Assembly (NCBI GenBank): GCA_951406725.2
Contig: OX597829.1
Span: 40,796,001-40,860,000 of the forward strand
Direction of reading: 5' to 3'
Source of the DNA: Octopus vulgaris
Taxonomy: Eukaryota
DNA: 64,000 nt
This document shows, piece by piece, positions 24,843-38,284 of this stretch. Position 1 is the first letter of the stretch. Each line of letters opens with the position of its first letter. The notes under the pieces were generated by a model. It worked only from the letters and a program-made list of their open reading frames with translations. It did no database searches and was not told the DNA's origin. The position numbers and the translations under genes were made by a program.

Positions 24843-26610
24843 AGGCTGTGTGGTAAGTAGCTTGCTTACCAACCACAATGGTTCAGCGTTCAGTCCCACT
24901 GCATGGCACCTTGGGCAAGTGTCTTCTATTATAGCCTCAGGCTGACCAAAGCCTTTTGAGTGGATTTGGTAGAAGGAAACTGAAAGAAGCCCGTCGTATC
25001 ATCATCATCATCGTTTAACTTCCACTTTCCATGCTAGCATGGGTTGGACAATTTGACTGAGGGCTGGTGAACCAGATGGCTGCACCAGGCTCCAATCTTG
25101 ATCTGGCAGAGTTTCTACAACTGGATGCCCTTCCTAATGGCCAACCACTCCAAGAGTGTAGTGGGTGCTTTTACATGCCACCGGTACAAGAATCAGTCAG
25201 GTGGTACTGGCAACGAACTCACTCGAAAGTTTTTTCAAGTGCCAGTAAGGCAACGCTGGTAACGATCACACTCGAATGATGCTTTTTACGTGCCACTCTG
25301 GCAATGGTCACGCTCAGATGGTGATTTTAGCACCCCACTAGCATGGGGCACAAGTGCCAGTAAAGTGACACTGGTAACGATCACACTCGAATGGTGCCTT
25401 TTACGTGCCACTGGCACGGAAGCCAGTTAGCCACTCTGTCAACGATCATGCTCAGATGGTGCTCTTTGCGCCCCACTAGCACAGATGCCAGTCATCGAAT
25501 TTGATTTCAATTTCACTTGCCTCAACAGGTCTTCGCAAGCAGTGTTTAGTGTCCAAAGAAGGAATGGTATGCATAAGTGGGCTGGTTATGCCCCTGCCAT
25601 AGGCCACGAGGTTATGGTCTCATTTGACTTGCTGGGTCTTTTCAAGCACAGCATATTTCCAAAAGTCTCGGTCACTGGTCATTTCCCAGGTGAGGCCTAA
25701 AGTTCAAAGCTTGTGCTTCACCATCTCGTCCCAGGTCTTCCTGGGTCTACCTCTTCCACAGTTTCCGCTAGGATGTGGCACTTTTTCACACAGCTGTCCT
25801 CATCCATTCACGCCACATGACCATACCAATGCAGTCGTCTCTCTTGCACACCACAACTGATGCTTCTTAGGTCCAACGTTTCTCTCAAGGCACTAACACT
25901 GTCGAGTATGTACACTGACACTACACATCCATCGGAGCATACTGACTTCATTCCTTGTGAGCGTACGCATATCCTCAGCAGTCACAGCCCATGTTTCACT
26001 GCCATATAGTATGGCTGTTTGTACACATGCGTCATACAGTCTACCTTTTAATCTGAGTGAGAGGCCCTTTGCCACCAGCAGAGGTAAGAGCTCTCTGAAC
26101 TTTGCCCAGGCTATTCTTATTCTAGCAGCTACACTTTCAGCATACCCTTCCCCGCTACTGACTTGGTCACCTAGGTAACGGAAGCTATCAACTACTTCTA
26201 GTTTTTCACCCTGGAATGTGGCGGAAGTTCTCTGCACATTTTCAGTGTTTATTGCTCCTGAGCATATGCCACATACAAAAACTATCTTCCCAGTTAGCCT
26301 TCCTTTGACATTGCTGCACCTCTTATGTGTCCATAGCTTACACTGGGTACATCTTATAGAGATATATGCACATATATATATATATGTATGTGTGTGTGTA
26401 TATCTTTGTGTGTCTGTGTTTGTCCCCCACCCAACATCGCTTGACAACCGATGCTGGTGTGTTTACATCCCCATAACTTAGCAGTTCAGCAAAAGAGACC
26501 GATTGAATAAGTACGAGGCTTTGCAAAGAATAAGTCCTGGGGTCTGATTTGTTTGACTAAAGGCAGTGCTCCAGGATGGCCGCAGTCAAATGACTGAAAC
26601 AAGTAAAAAG
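24843..26610 (+). mobile_element. SINE B split by an RTE-A insertion in its internal microsatellite
   Basis: Head 24843-24998 ends GAAGCCCGTCGTAT; tail half resumes at about 26360-26610. Confidence 0.85.
24999..26358 (-). mobile_element. 5'-truncated RTE-A LINE (end of RT plus 3'UTR)
   Basis: SIRCTQCKLWTHKRCS..FVCGIC..GEKLEVVDSFRYLG..LYGSETWAVT..MLRWMC; (GAT)n tail. Confidence 0.92.
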
Positions 26611-27303
26611 AAAGTAAAAAAAAAAAGAGGAAAGACAGTCATAAGGATTCTGTGATGTTCATTCAAAGAAACATGGTGAGTTGCCAGACTTGTTTCCATG
26701 CCGGACAAAAGGCTTTGCCGCAATTTTTAAAAATTTCTTTACAAGCTGAGTTCAGATTACACTAAGTTTGACTTTGCCTTTCATTCTTTCATGGTCAATA
26801 AAACAAAGTATTAGTTAAGTATGGGGTCAACATAATCAGCTGCCTTCCTCCCCCCTTCAAAATTGTTGGCCTTGTGCCAAAATTTGAAAAATATGTTTTT
26901 GGTATCAAAATTGCCAGTCTCAGAAAATAATTAAAAATTCACATTTTTTTGTCAAATTATTTTGTTATATTTGTCTATCTATCCAACTGTAAACATTTTA
27001 AATATTTCACTAACTTTTTGTCATAACATGGCAAAAGGGTACATTTTTTTGCCAAAAACTGCTAAATTTGTTCCCACAGTCTTCTTTATTTGCAACCAGA
27101 ATCGTAAACTTTCTCTTGAAAATATTTCAAACTGGTCAAAGTTGAGAGTTTGACAGAGACAGATTTGGGAAGAAATACACAGGGTTTCAAAGTAACGTCA
27201 TTTGGTGACCTGCTAAGGTCCTGGGCGCTGCTTCTTTGTCCAGACTCAGTAAGTAAAACAAAAGAAAAATAATGAAATGGTCATGTGGTTAAGAACAGTT
27301 TCT

Positions 27304-27730
27304 ATGGCTGTGCGTTTTTAAGGAGTTCAATTTACAACCATGTGATCTTGAGTTCAGTCCCACTGTGTGGTACCTTGGGCAAGTGTCTTCTATAACCTCA
27401 GATCGACTAAAGCCTTGTGAGTGGATTTGGTAGATGGAAACTTAAAGAAACCTGTTGTATATATTTGTGTGTGCGTGTGTGCTTATATTGATATATATAT
27501 ATGTGCGAGTTTTTGTGTTTGTATTTATCCCCCACCACCACCACATAACAACCGGTGTTGGTGTGTTTACATTCCCATTACTTAGCGGTTCAACAAAACA
27601 GACTGACAGACTAAGTACCAGGCTTTAAAAAATAAGTCCCAAAGTCGATTTGTTCTACTAAAACTCTTTGAGGCGGTGCCCCAGTATGGCCGCAGTCAAG
27701 TGACTGAAACAAGTAAACAAAGATAAAAGA
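27304..27730 (+). mobile_element. SINE B, diverged
   Basis: GTTCAGTCCCACTG..CCTTGGGCAAGTGTC..GACTGAAACAAGTAAA. Confidence 0.85.
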
Positions 27731-28167
27731 TGATAATTCCTTCAGAATAGGTCATGGGTCCCATATTCTTTGTTAAGTCTCCATCATCTACAGCAAGAAA
27801 GTTACTGAATAAAGGTAAGTACTAACAACCAATTAGTGATAAATTGATACATTTTGATCAAAGGAAGCGACATTCCTATCTCATAATAGCAAAGATCTAT
27901 TATAATTATGAAAAAGGTCTTGTGCTATTATTTCCTATTCTTGGGATGATAGAAGGCTTAGAAATGGCAGAAGTAGCAGTGAGTATAGAAAAATTGATTG
28001 TAAAGACTACAAATAAATCAAAACTAATGTTAAGCTGGTTTTAGAGAAGTAGCAGGAATTACGGAGATCAATAAAAGAGCATTTGTTACTGATGCCACTT
28101 CCTTTCTGCCTCCTCCCCCTCTCTCTCTCTCGTTATATATATATATAGAGAGAGAGAGAGAGACTTT

Positions 28168-28659
28168 AAGGTGGCGAGCTGGCAGAAACGTTAACATGGC
28201 AGGTGACATGCGTAGCCGTATTTCGTCTGTCGTTACGTTCCGAGTTCAAATTCCGCCGAGGTCGACTTTGCCTTTCATTCTTTTGGGGGTCAATAAATTA
28301 AGTACCAGTTACGTGCTGGGGTCTATATATATTTCTTTACTACCCACAAGGGGCTAAACACAGAGGGGACAAACAAGGACAGACAAAGGGATTAAGTCGA
28401 CTACATCGACCCCAGTGCGTAACTGGTACTTAATTTATCGACCCCGAAAGGATGAAAGGCAAAGTCGACCTCGGCGGAATTTGAACTCGGAACGTAACGA
28501 CAGACGAAATACGGCTACGAATTTCGCCCGGCGTGCTAACGTTTCTACCAGCTCGCCGCCTTGTCTATATAATCTGGGGTCTATATAATCGACTTAATCC
28601 CTTTATCTGTCCTTGTTTGTCCCCTCTGTGTTTAGCCCCTTGTGGGTAGTAAAGAAATA
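28168..28659 (+). mobile_element. SINE A containing an antisense SINE A (28330-28562)
   Basis: Outer copy broken at GGGGTCTATATA, which is duplicated; inner copy complete on minus. Confidence 0.9.
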
Positions 28660-28711
28660 TATATATATATATGTATGTATGTATATGTATATATATGTAT
28701 ATGTATGTATG

Positions 28712-28754
<43 letters not shown>

Positions 28755-28756
<2 letters not shown>

Positions 28757-28994
28757 TTGTTTACTATCTTCAGTCACTTGACTGCAACCATGCTGGGGCA
28801 CTGCTTCAAAGACTTTCAGTTGAACAAATTGACTTCAGGACTTATTTTTTAAAGCCTGGTACTTGTTCTGTCAGTCTGTTTTGTCGAACTTTTAAGTAAT
28901 GGGGATGTAAACACACCAACACCAGTTGTTGAGTAGTGGTGGGGGGGATAAACACAAACACATGCAGATATACATACCTATATAAATTCAGTAA

Positions 28995-29057
<63 letters not shown>

Positions 29058-29162
29058 ACGGGCTTCTTTAAGTTTCCATCTACCAAATCCACTTACAAGG
29101 CTTTGGTCGATCTGAGGCTATAGTAGAAGACACTTGCCCAAGGTACCACACAACGGGACTGA
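28755..29162 (-). mobile_element. SINE B, head truncated
   Basis: Reverse match with expanded internal (TA)n. Confidence 0.8.
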
Positions 29163-29296
29163 AGGGATGCGGCCGTGTGACTTACCTAAGTCACCAACCT
29201 CCACATACGGTCGTATTACCTACACTATATACATATACCTATACATATATATATATATGTGTGTATATATACACATAATATATATGTATACATATT

Positions 29297-29327
<31 letters not shown>

Positions 29328-29377
29328 GTATATATATATGTATATATATGCATAATATATATGTATACATATTTATA

Positions 29378-29970
29378 TATATATAATTAATCCAAACATG
29401 AAAACATAAAGAGAAAACAACAACGCAAGGAGGTGGAACAAGTATAGTGTAACTGGACGCTCAGGAGAGGAAAGAAAGAAGGAGGATTTAACATTTCGAG
29501 CGGAGCTCTTTGTCAGAAACATAGGAAAAGGAAAGATCCAAGGAAGGGAAGACGGAGGAAAAAAATCGCCAACGGTACACACGTGGTCACACGCATATAT
29601 ATATATATTTAAAATTTATAAGTTTAAATTATTTTAATAATTTTTTAATTTTTAACTTTTATATTTTAAAATTAATTTTATGTATTGGCTTATGGTTTTC
29701 ACTGTTTGATTTGCCTAATAGTGGTTTTATCTCTAATTTAATATGATATATATATATATATATATATGTGACCACATTGGCGATTTTTTTCCTCCGTCTT
29801 CCCTTCCTTGGATCTTTCCTTTTCCTATGTTTTTGACAAAGAGCTCCACTCGAAATGTTAAATCCTCCTTCTTTCTTTCCTCTCCTGAGCGTCCAGTTAC
29901 ACTATACTTGTTCCACCTCCTCGCGTTGTTGTGTTTTCTCTTTGTGTTTTCATGTTTGGATTAACTATAT
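29378..29970. repeat. Head-to-head inverted pair of a hammerhead-like repeat of about 200 bp, with an AT-rich spacer of about 180 bp
   Basis: 29378-29590 is complementary to 29768-29970; the ORF track shows the same peptide on both strands. Confidence 0.92.
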
Positions 29971-30906
29971 ATATATATATAAATATGTATACATATATAT
30001 TATGAAGTCACATGGTAGCATCCCTAACGAAATAAGATAAGCCATAAATACAATTTATACAATGCAGTGCCAACAGAATATAGATGAATTGATGACAAGC
30101 CGTTCCATTGCTTGAGAGAAAAGATTCGCAGTTCGGCAAGAGAGACCGATAGAATGAGTACTAGGCTTACAAAGAATAGGTCCTGGGGTCGATTTGCTCG
30201 ACTAAAGGTGGTGCTCCGACATGGCTACAGTCAAATGAATGAAACAAGTAAAGAGAGATATCATGGGCTTCCACATAATTTCTATTTATCATATTCACTC
30301 ATAAGACACTTTACACAAGATGCCACGCAGTGGGACTGAACATGAAACCATGTGGTTACAAAATGAGCTTTTGAACTACATGGACACTCTCGCATGTGTG
30401 TATGTGTGTGCATACTATAGTAAAGAAGCAGGGGTAAATGTAGTCAATACATTACTTATATAGACTGATACATTCTGGGTTAATGTCCTCATCTTAGTCT
30501 TTATTGTTGCAACTTTTCAGCTGTTGTACTTGCCAGCCTCCCTCAGGTGCTTCTCATATTTTGTAATGTTCTATAACCACCAAGACGAGGACACTAGTTG
30601 ACTATAATAATAATACCTCAGCTGAGAACTTCAAAAGAAAATTTTACTTAAATATATGTACTAATAGTTATTTATCTATTTATTTATTTATTCAGTTATT
30701 TATTTATTCAATTATGTTGCAATACTGTGTGAATATTTCAAGTTTTAACATGCATATGCGCATTCCTTAAAGACACAGATATATTCACTCATATAACTTC
30801 TCATACACACAGACATAGATCAGTGTTGTACAAATACCACTGTACATTGAGATTTTTCTTCAAATATAATTATACTATATTACAGAGATCTACTTGCATA
30901 ACAGTA

Positions 30907-30961
<55 letters not shown>

Positions 30962-31024
30962 AAAATATATATCAAATATTTTATGTATATATTTAAGAGC
31001 TAAAAGAAGTTCTAAATTCTCTCT

Positions 31025-32296
31025 CCAGGGAGAAAAACTAGAAGTAGTTGATAGCTTCCGCTACCTAGGTGACCAAGTCAGTAGCAGGGGTGGGTGTGCT
31101 GAAAGTGTAACTGCTAGAGTAAGAATAGCCTAGATAAAGTTTAGAGAGCTCTTACCCCTGATGGTGACAAAAGGCCTCTCACTCAGAGTAAAAGGCAGAC
31201 TGTATGATGCATGTGTACATACAGCCATGCTACATGGTAGTGAAACATGGGCTGTGACTGCTGAGGATATGCGTAAGCTCACAAGAAATGAAGCCAGTAT
31301 GCTCCGATGGATGTGTAATGTCAGTGTTCATAATCGACAGAGTGTAAGTACCTTGAGAGAAAAGTTGGACCTAAGAAGCATCAGTTGTGGTGTGCAAGAG
31401 AGATGTTTGCGCTGGTATGGTCATGTGACGAGAATGGCTGAAGATAATTGTGTGCAAAAGTGCCACACCCTAGCAGTTGAGGGAACCTGTGGAAGAGGTA
31501 GACCCAGGAAAACCTGGGACGAGGTGGTGAAGCACGACCTTCGAACTTTAGGTCTCACCAAGGAAATGACTAGAGACCGAGACCTATGGAAGTATGCTGT
31601 GCGTGAGAAGACCCGGCAAGACTAGTGAGAACATAACCTGTGGCCTACATACCTTTCCTTCTTGGGATACAAAACTCCACTTGTGAAGACCCATTGAGGC
31701 AAGTGAGAATCAAAATCAAAATCAAACCAAATCAAATCAGATATCAGAAAACAGAACCAAAATCGAAGTCGATCAACATCAATGGAAATTGCAGCTGTGG
31801 TACCAGTGCCGGTGACAAGTAAGTGGACCATCCGATCGTGGCCGTTGCCAACGCTGCCCCCACTGGCCTCTGTGCCGGTGGCACGTAAAAGCACCATCCG
31901 TTCATGTCCGTTGCCAGGCTCACCTGGCCCCCGTGCCGGTGGCACGTAGCACCATCCGTTCGTGGCCGTTGCCAGCCTCGCCTGGCTCACATGCCGGTGG
32001 CACGTAAAAAGCACCATCCGATCGTGGCCGTTGCCAGCCTCGCCTGGCCATCGTGCCGGTGGCATGTAAAAAGCACCATCCAACTGTGGCCGTTTGCCAG
32101 CTCCGTCTGGCTCCTGTGCAGGTGGCACGTAAAAAGCACCCACTACACTCATGGAGTGGTTGGCATTAGGAAGGGCATCCAGCCGTAAAAACACTGCCAG
32201 ATCAGACTGGGTCTGATACAGCCTTCTGGCTTCACAGACCCCAGTTGAACCGTCCAACCCATGCTAGCATGGAAAGCGGACGCTAAATGATGATGA

Positions 32297-32300
<4 letters not shown>
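31025..32300 (+). mobile_element. 5'-truncated RTE-A LINE
   Basis: QGEKLEVVDSFRYLG..HGSETWAVT..LRWYGHV..GRGRPRKTW..; 3'UTR with repeat units; TAAA(TGA)n tail. Confidence 0.93.
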
Positions 32301-32393
<93 letters not shown>

Positions 32394-32454
32394 TGTATGC
32401 ATATATATTATGTGTATATATACACACACATATATATATGTATATGTATATATA

Positions 32455-32615
32455 ACGGGAAGCTTTATGAAAATAAACAAAAGACGAAGGCAGGTGGAAT
32501 ATAAACAAACAATTGTATTAGTATGCCGCTCAGGAATATAAATAAAACAAGTCTTTTACATTTCGAGCCTACGCTCTTCAACAGAAAGATACACAGAAAG
32601 AAACAAGGAAATGAC
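32455..32615 (-). mobile_element. pLTR-like repeat, CTGTTGA family, within (TA)n
   Basis: Minus 32584-32560: CTGTTGA AGAGC GTAG GCTC GAAAT. Confidence 0.6.
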
Positions 32616-32668
<53 letters not shown>

Positions 32669-32858
32669 TAGGTGAGACAGCATGATGCACCTTTTATTCC
32701 TTCAGAATTAAGAGTATGCAGTCTTCGAAACATGTGTCGAGAGTAAAGGAATTTTGTTAGAATATTCGTTCGACTCCATTCTTTCATTTATATATATATA
32801 TATATATTATATTAAATTAGAGACAAAACCACTATGTAAGTTTGGATTTATTCCCTAA

Positions 32859-32910
<52 letters not shown>

Positions 32911-32951
32911 TGTATACATATATATTATGTGTATATATGCACACACATATA

Positions 32952-32982
<31 letters not shown>

Positions 32983-33737
32983 ATATATACATATATATAT
33001 ATGTATGTATATATATATATATATATATGTATGTATACGCACACATACAGACATGCACATGCACACATAAATACATTCAGGTGTCCACATCTAAATATGT
33101 GTATGCTGTTATAAGAATACGCTGTGGTATTCTTGACCGACTGAGTTAGCCATCTTTCTTTCAACATCTATTTTGCATTTTTGTATCTTACAAGAGTGGT
33201 GGTGGTGGTGGGGGAAATAACTAGCAGATAATGCGGTGGAATTGATTAAAACTGACTAAAACGAAATCCATGGAGGCGGTGCTCCAACATGGCCACAGTT
33301 CAATAAAATTAACACACACGCATACACACATTCTTTCATAAGACACACACACACACTCACACAGGTCTTCTCACAGAATTATGTTTAAAATCCTTTGTGT
33401 CTATCTTTCTTAGTAACCCCCTCACCCTCCCCCCCCACCCCAAACATTTTTCTTCTCTTCGTTCCCCCACCATCCAACTTCAAACATGCCAGCTGTTTCG
33501 TTTCATCTCATTTCTAGACTGAAATTCAATCTGAAAATGTCCCAATAACCCTTTCATGTCTCAGCAGGTCAACTCTCTGCCAAGCACTTCAGCTACATGT
33601 TGTCTGCTAGGCAGAAATTTATTCCTCTTTAGCACTTATTGCACACTCATTCCAGCAGCAGATAAAATGCCTTTGTGATAATTCCTTCCAGCACTTTCTT
33701 TTCTGTGTTCAAATCCAACCAAGACCAACTGTTCCTT

Positions 33738-33739
<2 letters not shown>

Positions 33740-33793
<54 letters not shown>

Positions 33794-34188
33794 CTTTTTC
33801 TCTCATTCTCTTTCTCATTCTTTCTCTCTCTCATTCTTCTCTCTCTCTCATTCTCTCTCTCTCTTTCCCCCTCTCACATTCTCTCTCTCTTTCCCCCTCT
33901 CTCATTCTCTCTCTCTCATTGTGTTTCTCTCGCTTTCTCACTCTCTCTCTTTCTCCTCTCTCTCTCTCATTATTTTTCTCTCACCTTCTCATTCTTTCTC
34001 TCTCCCCCTTTCTCTTTCATTCTCTCTCTCTCGTTCACTTTCTCTCATTCTCCCTCTCTCTCTCTCTTCCCCCTCTCTCTCATTCTCTCTCTCTTATTCT
34101 TTCTCTCTCTCATTGTTTTCTCTCACTCTCTCATTCTCTATCTTTCCCTCCCTCTCTCATTCTCTCTCCCTCTCTCTCTCTCTCTCTG
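33740..34188. repeat. (CT)n / CTCATTCT pyrimidine tract, about 450 bp
   Basis: Direct inspection. Confidence 0.95.
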
Positions 34189-34644
34189 AGATCAATAAAA
34201 TAAAGTGCCAATTTAACATTAGGCTTAAGATAATAAACTGTACCTTACTTCTTCCCCACCCTCACCCCACTACTACCACACACAAATTTGTTGTCATGAT
34301 CTTAATTAAGAAACAATTTTATTACAGAATAAATACTTCAAGAGTTTTGGGCTACCAACTGGTCTAGCTGATTCTTTAGCAGAGGCACCTGAGTGTGATG
34401 TGTGTTTGTATATGTAAATTTCTTCTCTTGTTACCTATTCAAATGGGGGCAAGGAATCTAGCACAAGGGCCGAGGAACTTTTTTAACCAATTACTCCGAA
34501 ATATATTTATTTATGCCGATGTTAGCCCCCTTGATTTGAATGGAAGAAAATCATAGATAACAGGGAACACATTTTTTTATATAATTTTACTTATGTCATT
34601 ACCCCCAAGAATTTCATTTTTACCCCACTCAGGGTTGGTGAATC

Positions 34645-34870
34645 ATTGACCCCAACTGCTTGACCTCCCAAGCTAACCTGTCATATCTCTCGACTTTTCT
34701 TTCTTCCTTATCACGTACCTTGTTGTCAGTTGGGCATACTTTATCTATGATCCAGCATTGTTTGCTTTCTTTCTCAATTAACACTATGTCTTGTTTCCTA
34801 TTCTCTATTCTTATGTCACACTGAATCATAAAATCTCCAAAGATCTTTATTATTTTCGATGATGCCTTCA
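34645..34870 (-). mobile_element. Restriction-like endonuclease fragment of an R4/Dong-like LINE
   Basis: KIFGDFMIQCD.RIENRKQDIVLIEK..CWIIDKVCPTD..KEERKVERY matches the WDF..RPD..ID..P..KE..K..Y pattern. Confidence 0.8.
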
Positions 34871-35052
34871 GGTTTATGTTTGTACCACTTTTTTGCAATT
34901 ACTGAGTGCAACTCTCAACTCACATGTATATATTCATTTATGTGTGTTTTGGGGTACACACACACACACATGCATGCACCTGTCTGTGAACAATGAATTG
35001 TACAATTAGAATCTTATCAGATATTTGGAATGTATACATGTATACATGTATA

Positions 35053-35356
35053 TATCACCGTGACCGACCGGGTTATCAAATGTTGCTACACATCACTGGT
35101 CACAATACACTTCGCATTGTTTTAGCCTTCAAATGACGCCACCCCGCTGGCTAAGCGAACAGGCTAACAGAAGAAAGAATGAGAGAAAGTTGGGGTGAAA
35201 GAGTACAGCAGGGATCGCCACCATCCCCTGCTGGAGCCTCATGGAGCTTTAAATGTTTTCACTCAATAAACACTCACAACGCCCGGTCTGGGAATCGAAA
35301 CTGCGATCCTATGACTGTGAGTCTGCTGCCCTAACCACTGGGCCATTGCGCCTCCA
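35053..35356 (-). mobile_element. SINE D, tail type 2
   Basis: Head TGGAGGCGCAATGGCCCAGTGGTTAGGGC, B-box GTTTCGATTCCC; tail ..GGTCGGTCACGGTGATA. Confidence 0.88.
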
Positions 35357-35399
35357 CACATGTATATATATATACATATACATATGTTTTATCATGTAT

Positions 35400-35597
35400 G
35401 TTTTTCTTGCTTCTATCATTGGATTGTAACCGTGCTGGGGCACCAACTTGAAGAGCCCAATATTTATTCAATTGGTTTCTTTTTGCTGAACTGCAAGGTT
35501 TTGCGGATGTAAACAAACCAAATCAGGTTGTCAAAGCAATGGTGAAAGACAAAAACAGTGACGAAGACACACACACACACACACGCATACACACACA

Positions 35598-35633
<36 letters not shown>

Positions 35634-35778
35634 CAAGCATACAATGGGCTTTTTTCAGTTTCTGCCGATCAAATTCACTCACAAGCCTTGCCGCATTTGA
35701 GACAACCATGCAGTGGGATTGAACCAGGAATTATGTAGTTGTAAACCAAACTTCTTGCCACATAACAACATCTGCACT
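35400..35778 (-). mobile_element. SINE B, old diverged copy
   Basis: Weak colinear match with internal (CA)n. Confidence 0.6.
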
Positions 35779-36697
35779 ATGTCACACATACACCTATACA
35801 TTCAAATATATATTGGCTAAACTGGCAATATGACCATTCCGAAATATAACAATATCTGTTTCAACACACGACTTCACATAAATAATCTTGCACAACAAAT
35901 ATTTAAACGTATATATATATATATATATATATATATCATCAACATCATCATAATTTGTAAACTAAATACTTGATGTTTTGATTTCAGAATTCTAAAAGTA
36001 AACTCATAACAGAAAGAATTTACAATAAAACTGACTTTATTTACCTCCAATAATTTATCGGGAACAACCACTTTTTTTCTTTTCTTTTCTTTTTTTCTTT
36101 TTTCTTTTTTTTTTTTTTTCAACGTCTGAAAGACCTAGTCCTCTGTTATGTTAACTTGCCATTTTGCCCAAGTCCCAAGATATATCTGGGGATCATCTTT
36201 TGAAGATTAAAAACAAATTAACTCCAACAATAGTCAATAAATAAAGAAAGAAATGATATTGAACTACACCAAAATAAATCAATTGAATAATGAAAAATAA
36301 ATATTTTGATATTGGTTTATTAATTGTTTTTGAAATTTTCAGTAAAATTTGGAAGAAAAAGTCATTATTCAAATACTGAAACAATGCTGGTATCAAAAAA
36401 AAAAAAACCCTCTTTACCTGGTTGTGAAATTACAAATCTTCCAGAATCATATTAAATAAAAAAAAAAAAAAGGCTCATTAGTAGAATCTGCTGTTCTCTA
36501 ATTAGCAGAAACTACTGTTTACATTATCTACATTTTGGTTCTGTCATTTTGATCATAGATTAAATCATAACTGTTATTATTCAATATTTGATAGTTTCAG
36601 GCAATTTACCTTTGAAAATTCCATGTTGTTGAGTGTGTGCAGCATCATGGGACTTTTATTTATTTTGTTAGGGGGAGTACAAACTTTTCCTTGTTAT

Positions 36698-37237
36698 TCA
36701 TCATCATCATCATCATCATCGTTTAACGTCCGTTTTCCATGCTAGCATGGGTTGGATGGTTCGACTGGGGTCTGGCCAGAAGGCTGCGCCAGGCTCCAGG
36801 CTGATCTGGCAGTGTTTCTACAGCTGGATGCCCTTCCTAACGCCAACCACTCCGAGAGTGTAGTGGGTGCTTTTTATGTGCCACCTGCACAGGTGCCAGA
36901 CGAGGCTGGCAAACGGCCACGATCAGTTGGTGCTTTTTATGTGCCACCTGCACAGGTGCCAGACGAGGCTGGCAAACGGCCACGATCAGTTGGTGCTTTT
37001 TACGTGCCACCTGCACAGGTGCCAGACGAGGCTGGCAAACGGCCACGATCAGTTGGTGCTTTTTATGTGCCACCTGCACAGGTGCCAGACGAGGCTGGCA
37101 AATGGCCACGATCAGTTGGTGCTTTTTATGTGCCACCTGCACAGGTGCCAGACGAGGCTGGCAAACGGCCACGATCGGATGGTGCTTTTTACGTGCCACC
37201 GGCATGGAGGCCAGTTGGGGCGATGCTGGCAACGGCC

Positions 37238-37238
<1 letters not shown>
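36698..37238 (-). mobile_element. RTE-A 3'UTR with 5 near-identical 63-bp tandem units
   Basis: Units start at 36866, 36929, 36992, 37055, 37118; (CAT)n tail at left. Confidence 0.92.

Positions 37239-37331
<93 letters not shown>
37238..37331. repeat. (ATT)n microsatellite
   Basis: Direct inspection. Confidence 0.97.
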
Positions 37332-37332
<1 letters not shown>

Positions 37333-37953
37333 TTTTATCTTTATTTTTTAAATTAATTCCTTCCTGTTTTATATGTCTTGATGTTTTTGTAATTATTAAG
37401 AGTTTTTGTAATATACACACACACACTCACACACACACATAATTTTGAATATGAGCAATATGACTGAGGGAAAATAACAATCTGCATACTAAATAGAAAT
37501 ATACATATGTATATCATCATCACCACCACCACCATCAGCACCACCACCACCACCACCACCACCACCACCACCACCACCACCACCACCACCATCATCATCT
37601 TTTAACATCCGTTTTCCATGCTGGAATGGGTTGGGTGGTTTGACAGGAGCCGACCAGCTTCAAGAGCTGTCCAAAACTCCATGTCTGATTCAGTACGGTC
37701 TCTATGGTTGTTGCATGCCCTTCTTAATGCCAGCCATTCTACAGAGTGAAACCGTGTGTTTTTTCATGTGGCACCAACACTGGTGCATTTATGTGGCATT
37801 GGTGTGTGTACTTTTTACGTAGCACCAGCACCTACGAGCCTACAAGTTTAGGAATGGTCAGTTGGTGCAAGAGACATGTGTCTGTATGCAAGGACAACCA
37901 TGCTTCTACTTAGCTTGGTGTGTCAATGCATATAAATATATATATATACATAT

Positions 37954-37984
<31 letters not shown>

Positions 37985-38284
37985 GATATAGATCATCATC
38001 ATTTAACGTCCGCTTTCCATGCTAGCATGCGTTGGATGATTTGACTGAGGACTGGTGAACCAGATGACTGCGCCAGACTCCAGTCTGATCTGGCTATGTG
38101 TACATGTATGTGTGTATGTGTATATCTATGCATGCATGTGTACAGGTTTAAATACACAAGTATGCAAGCCTATATAATAATGCATACACACACATGCGTA
38201 TATCAATATACACTTCTTTCTCTTTATAAATGTCCTGAAAATTCATATAGCCTTGGCTTTGTTGTCTCATTTTATTTAACATAC

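Noticed and set aside
27745-27820. Strong donor AAAG|GTAAGT with a possible short exon
   Set aside because: Weak acceptor and no coherent reading frame with neighbours
32700-32742. Hammerhead 3' half CGAAACATGTGTC
   Set aside because: No recognisable CTGANGA upstream; not counted
33675-34367. 230-aa Ser/Leu-rich ORF
   Set aside because: Translation of the (CT)n tract
34437-34541. Short imperfect inverted repeat TTCAAATGGGGGC / GCCCCCTTGATTTGAA
   Set aside because: Too short and gapped to distinguish from chance
36752-37351. CRISPR-like array or 21-aa repeat protein
   Set aside because: Contiguous 63-bp units without unique spacers, inside a LINE 3'UTR; no cas genes; eukaryotic context
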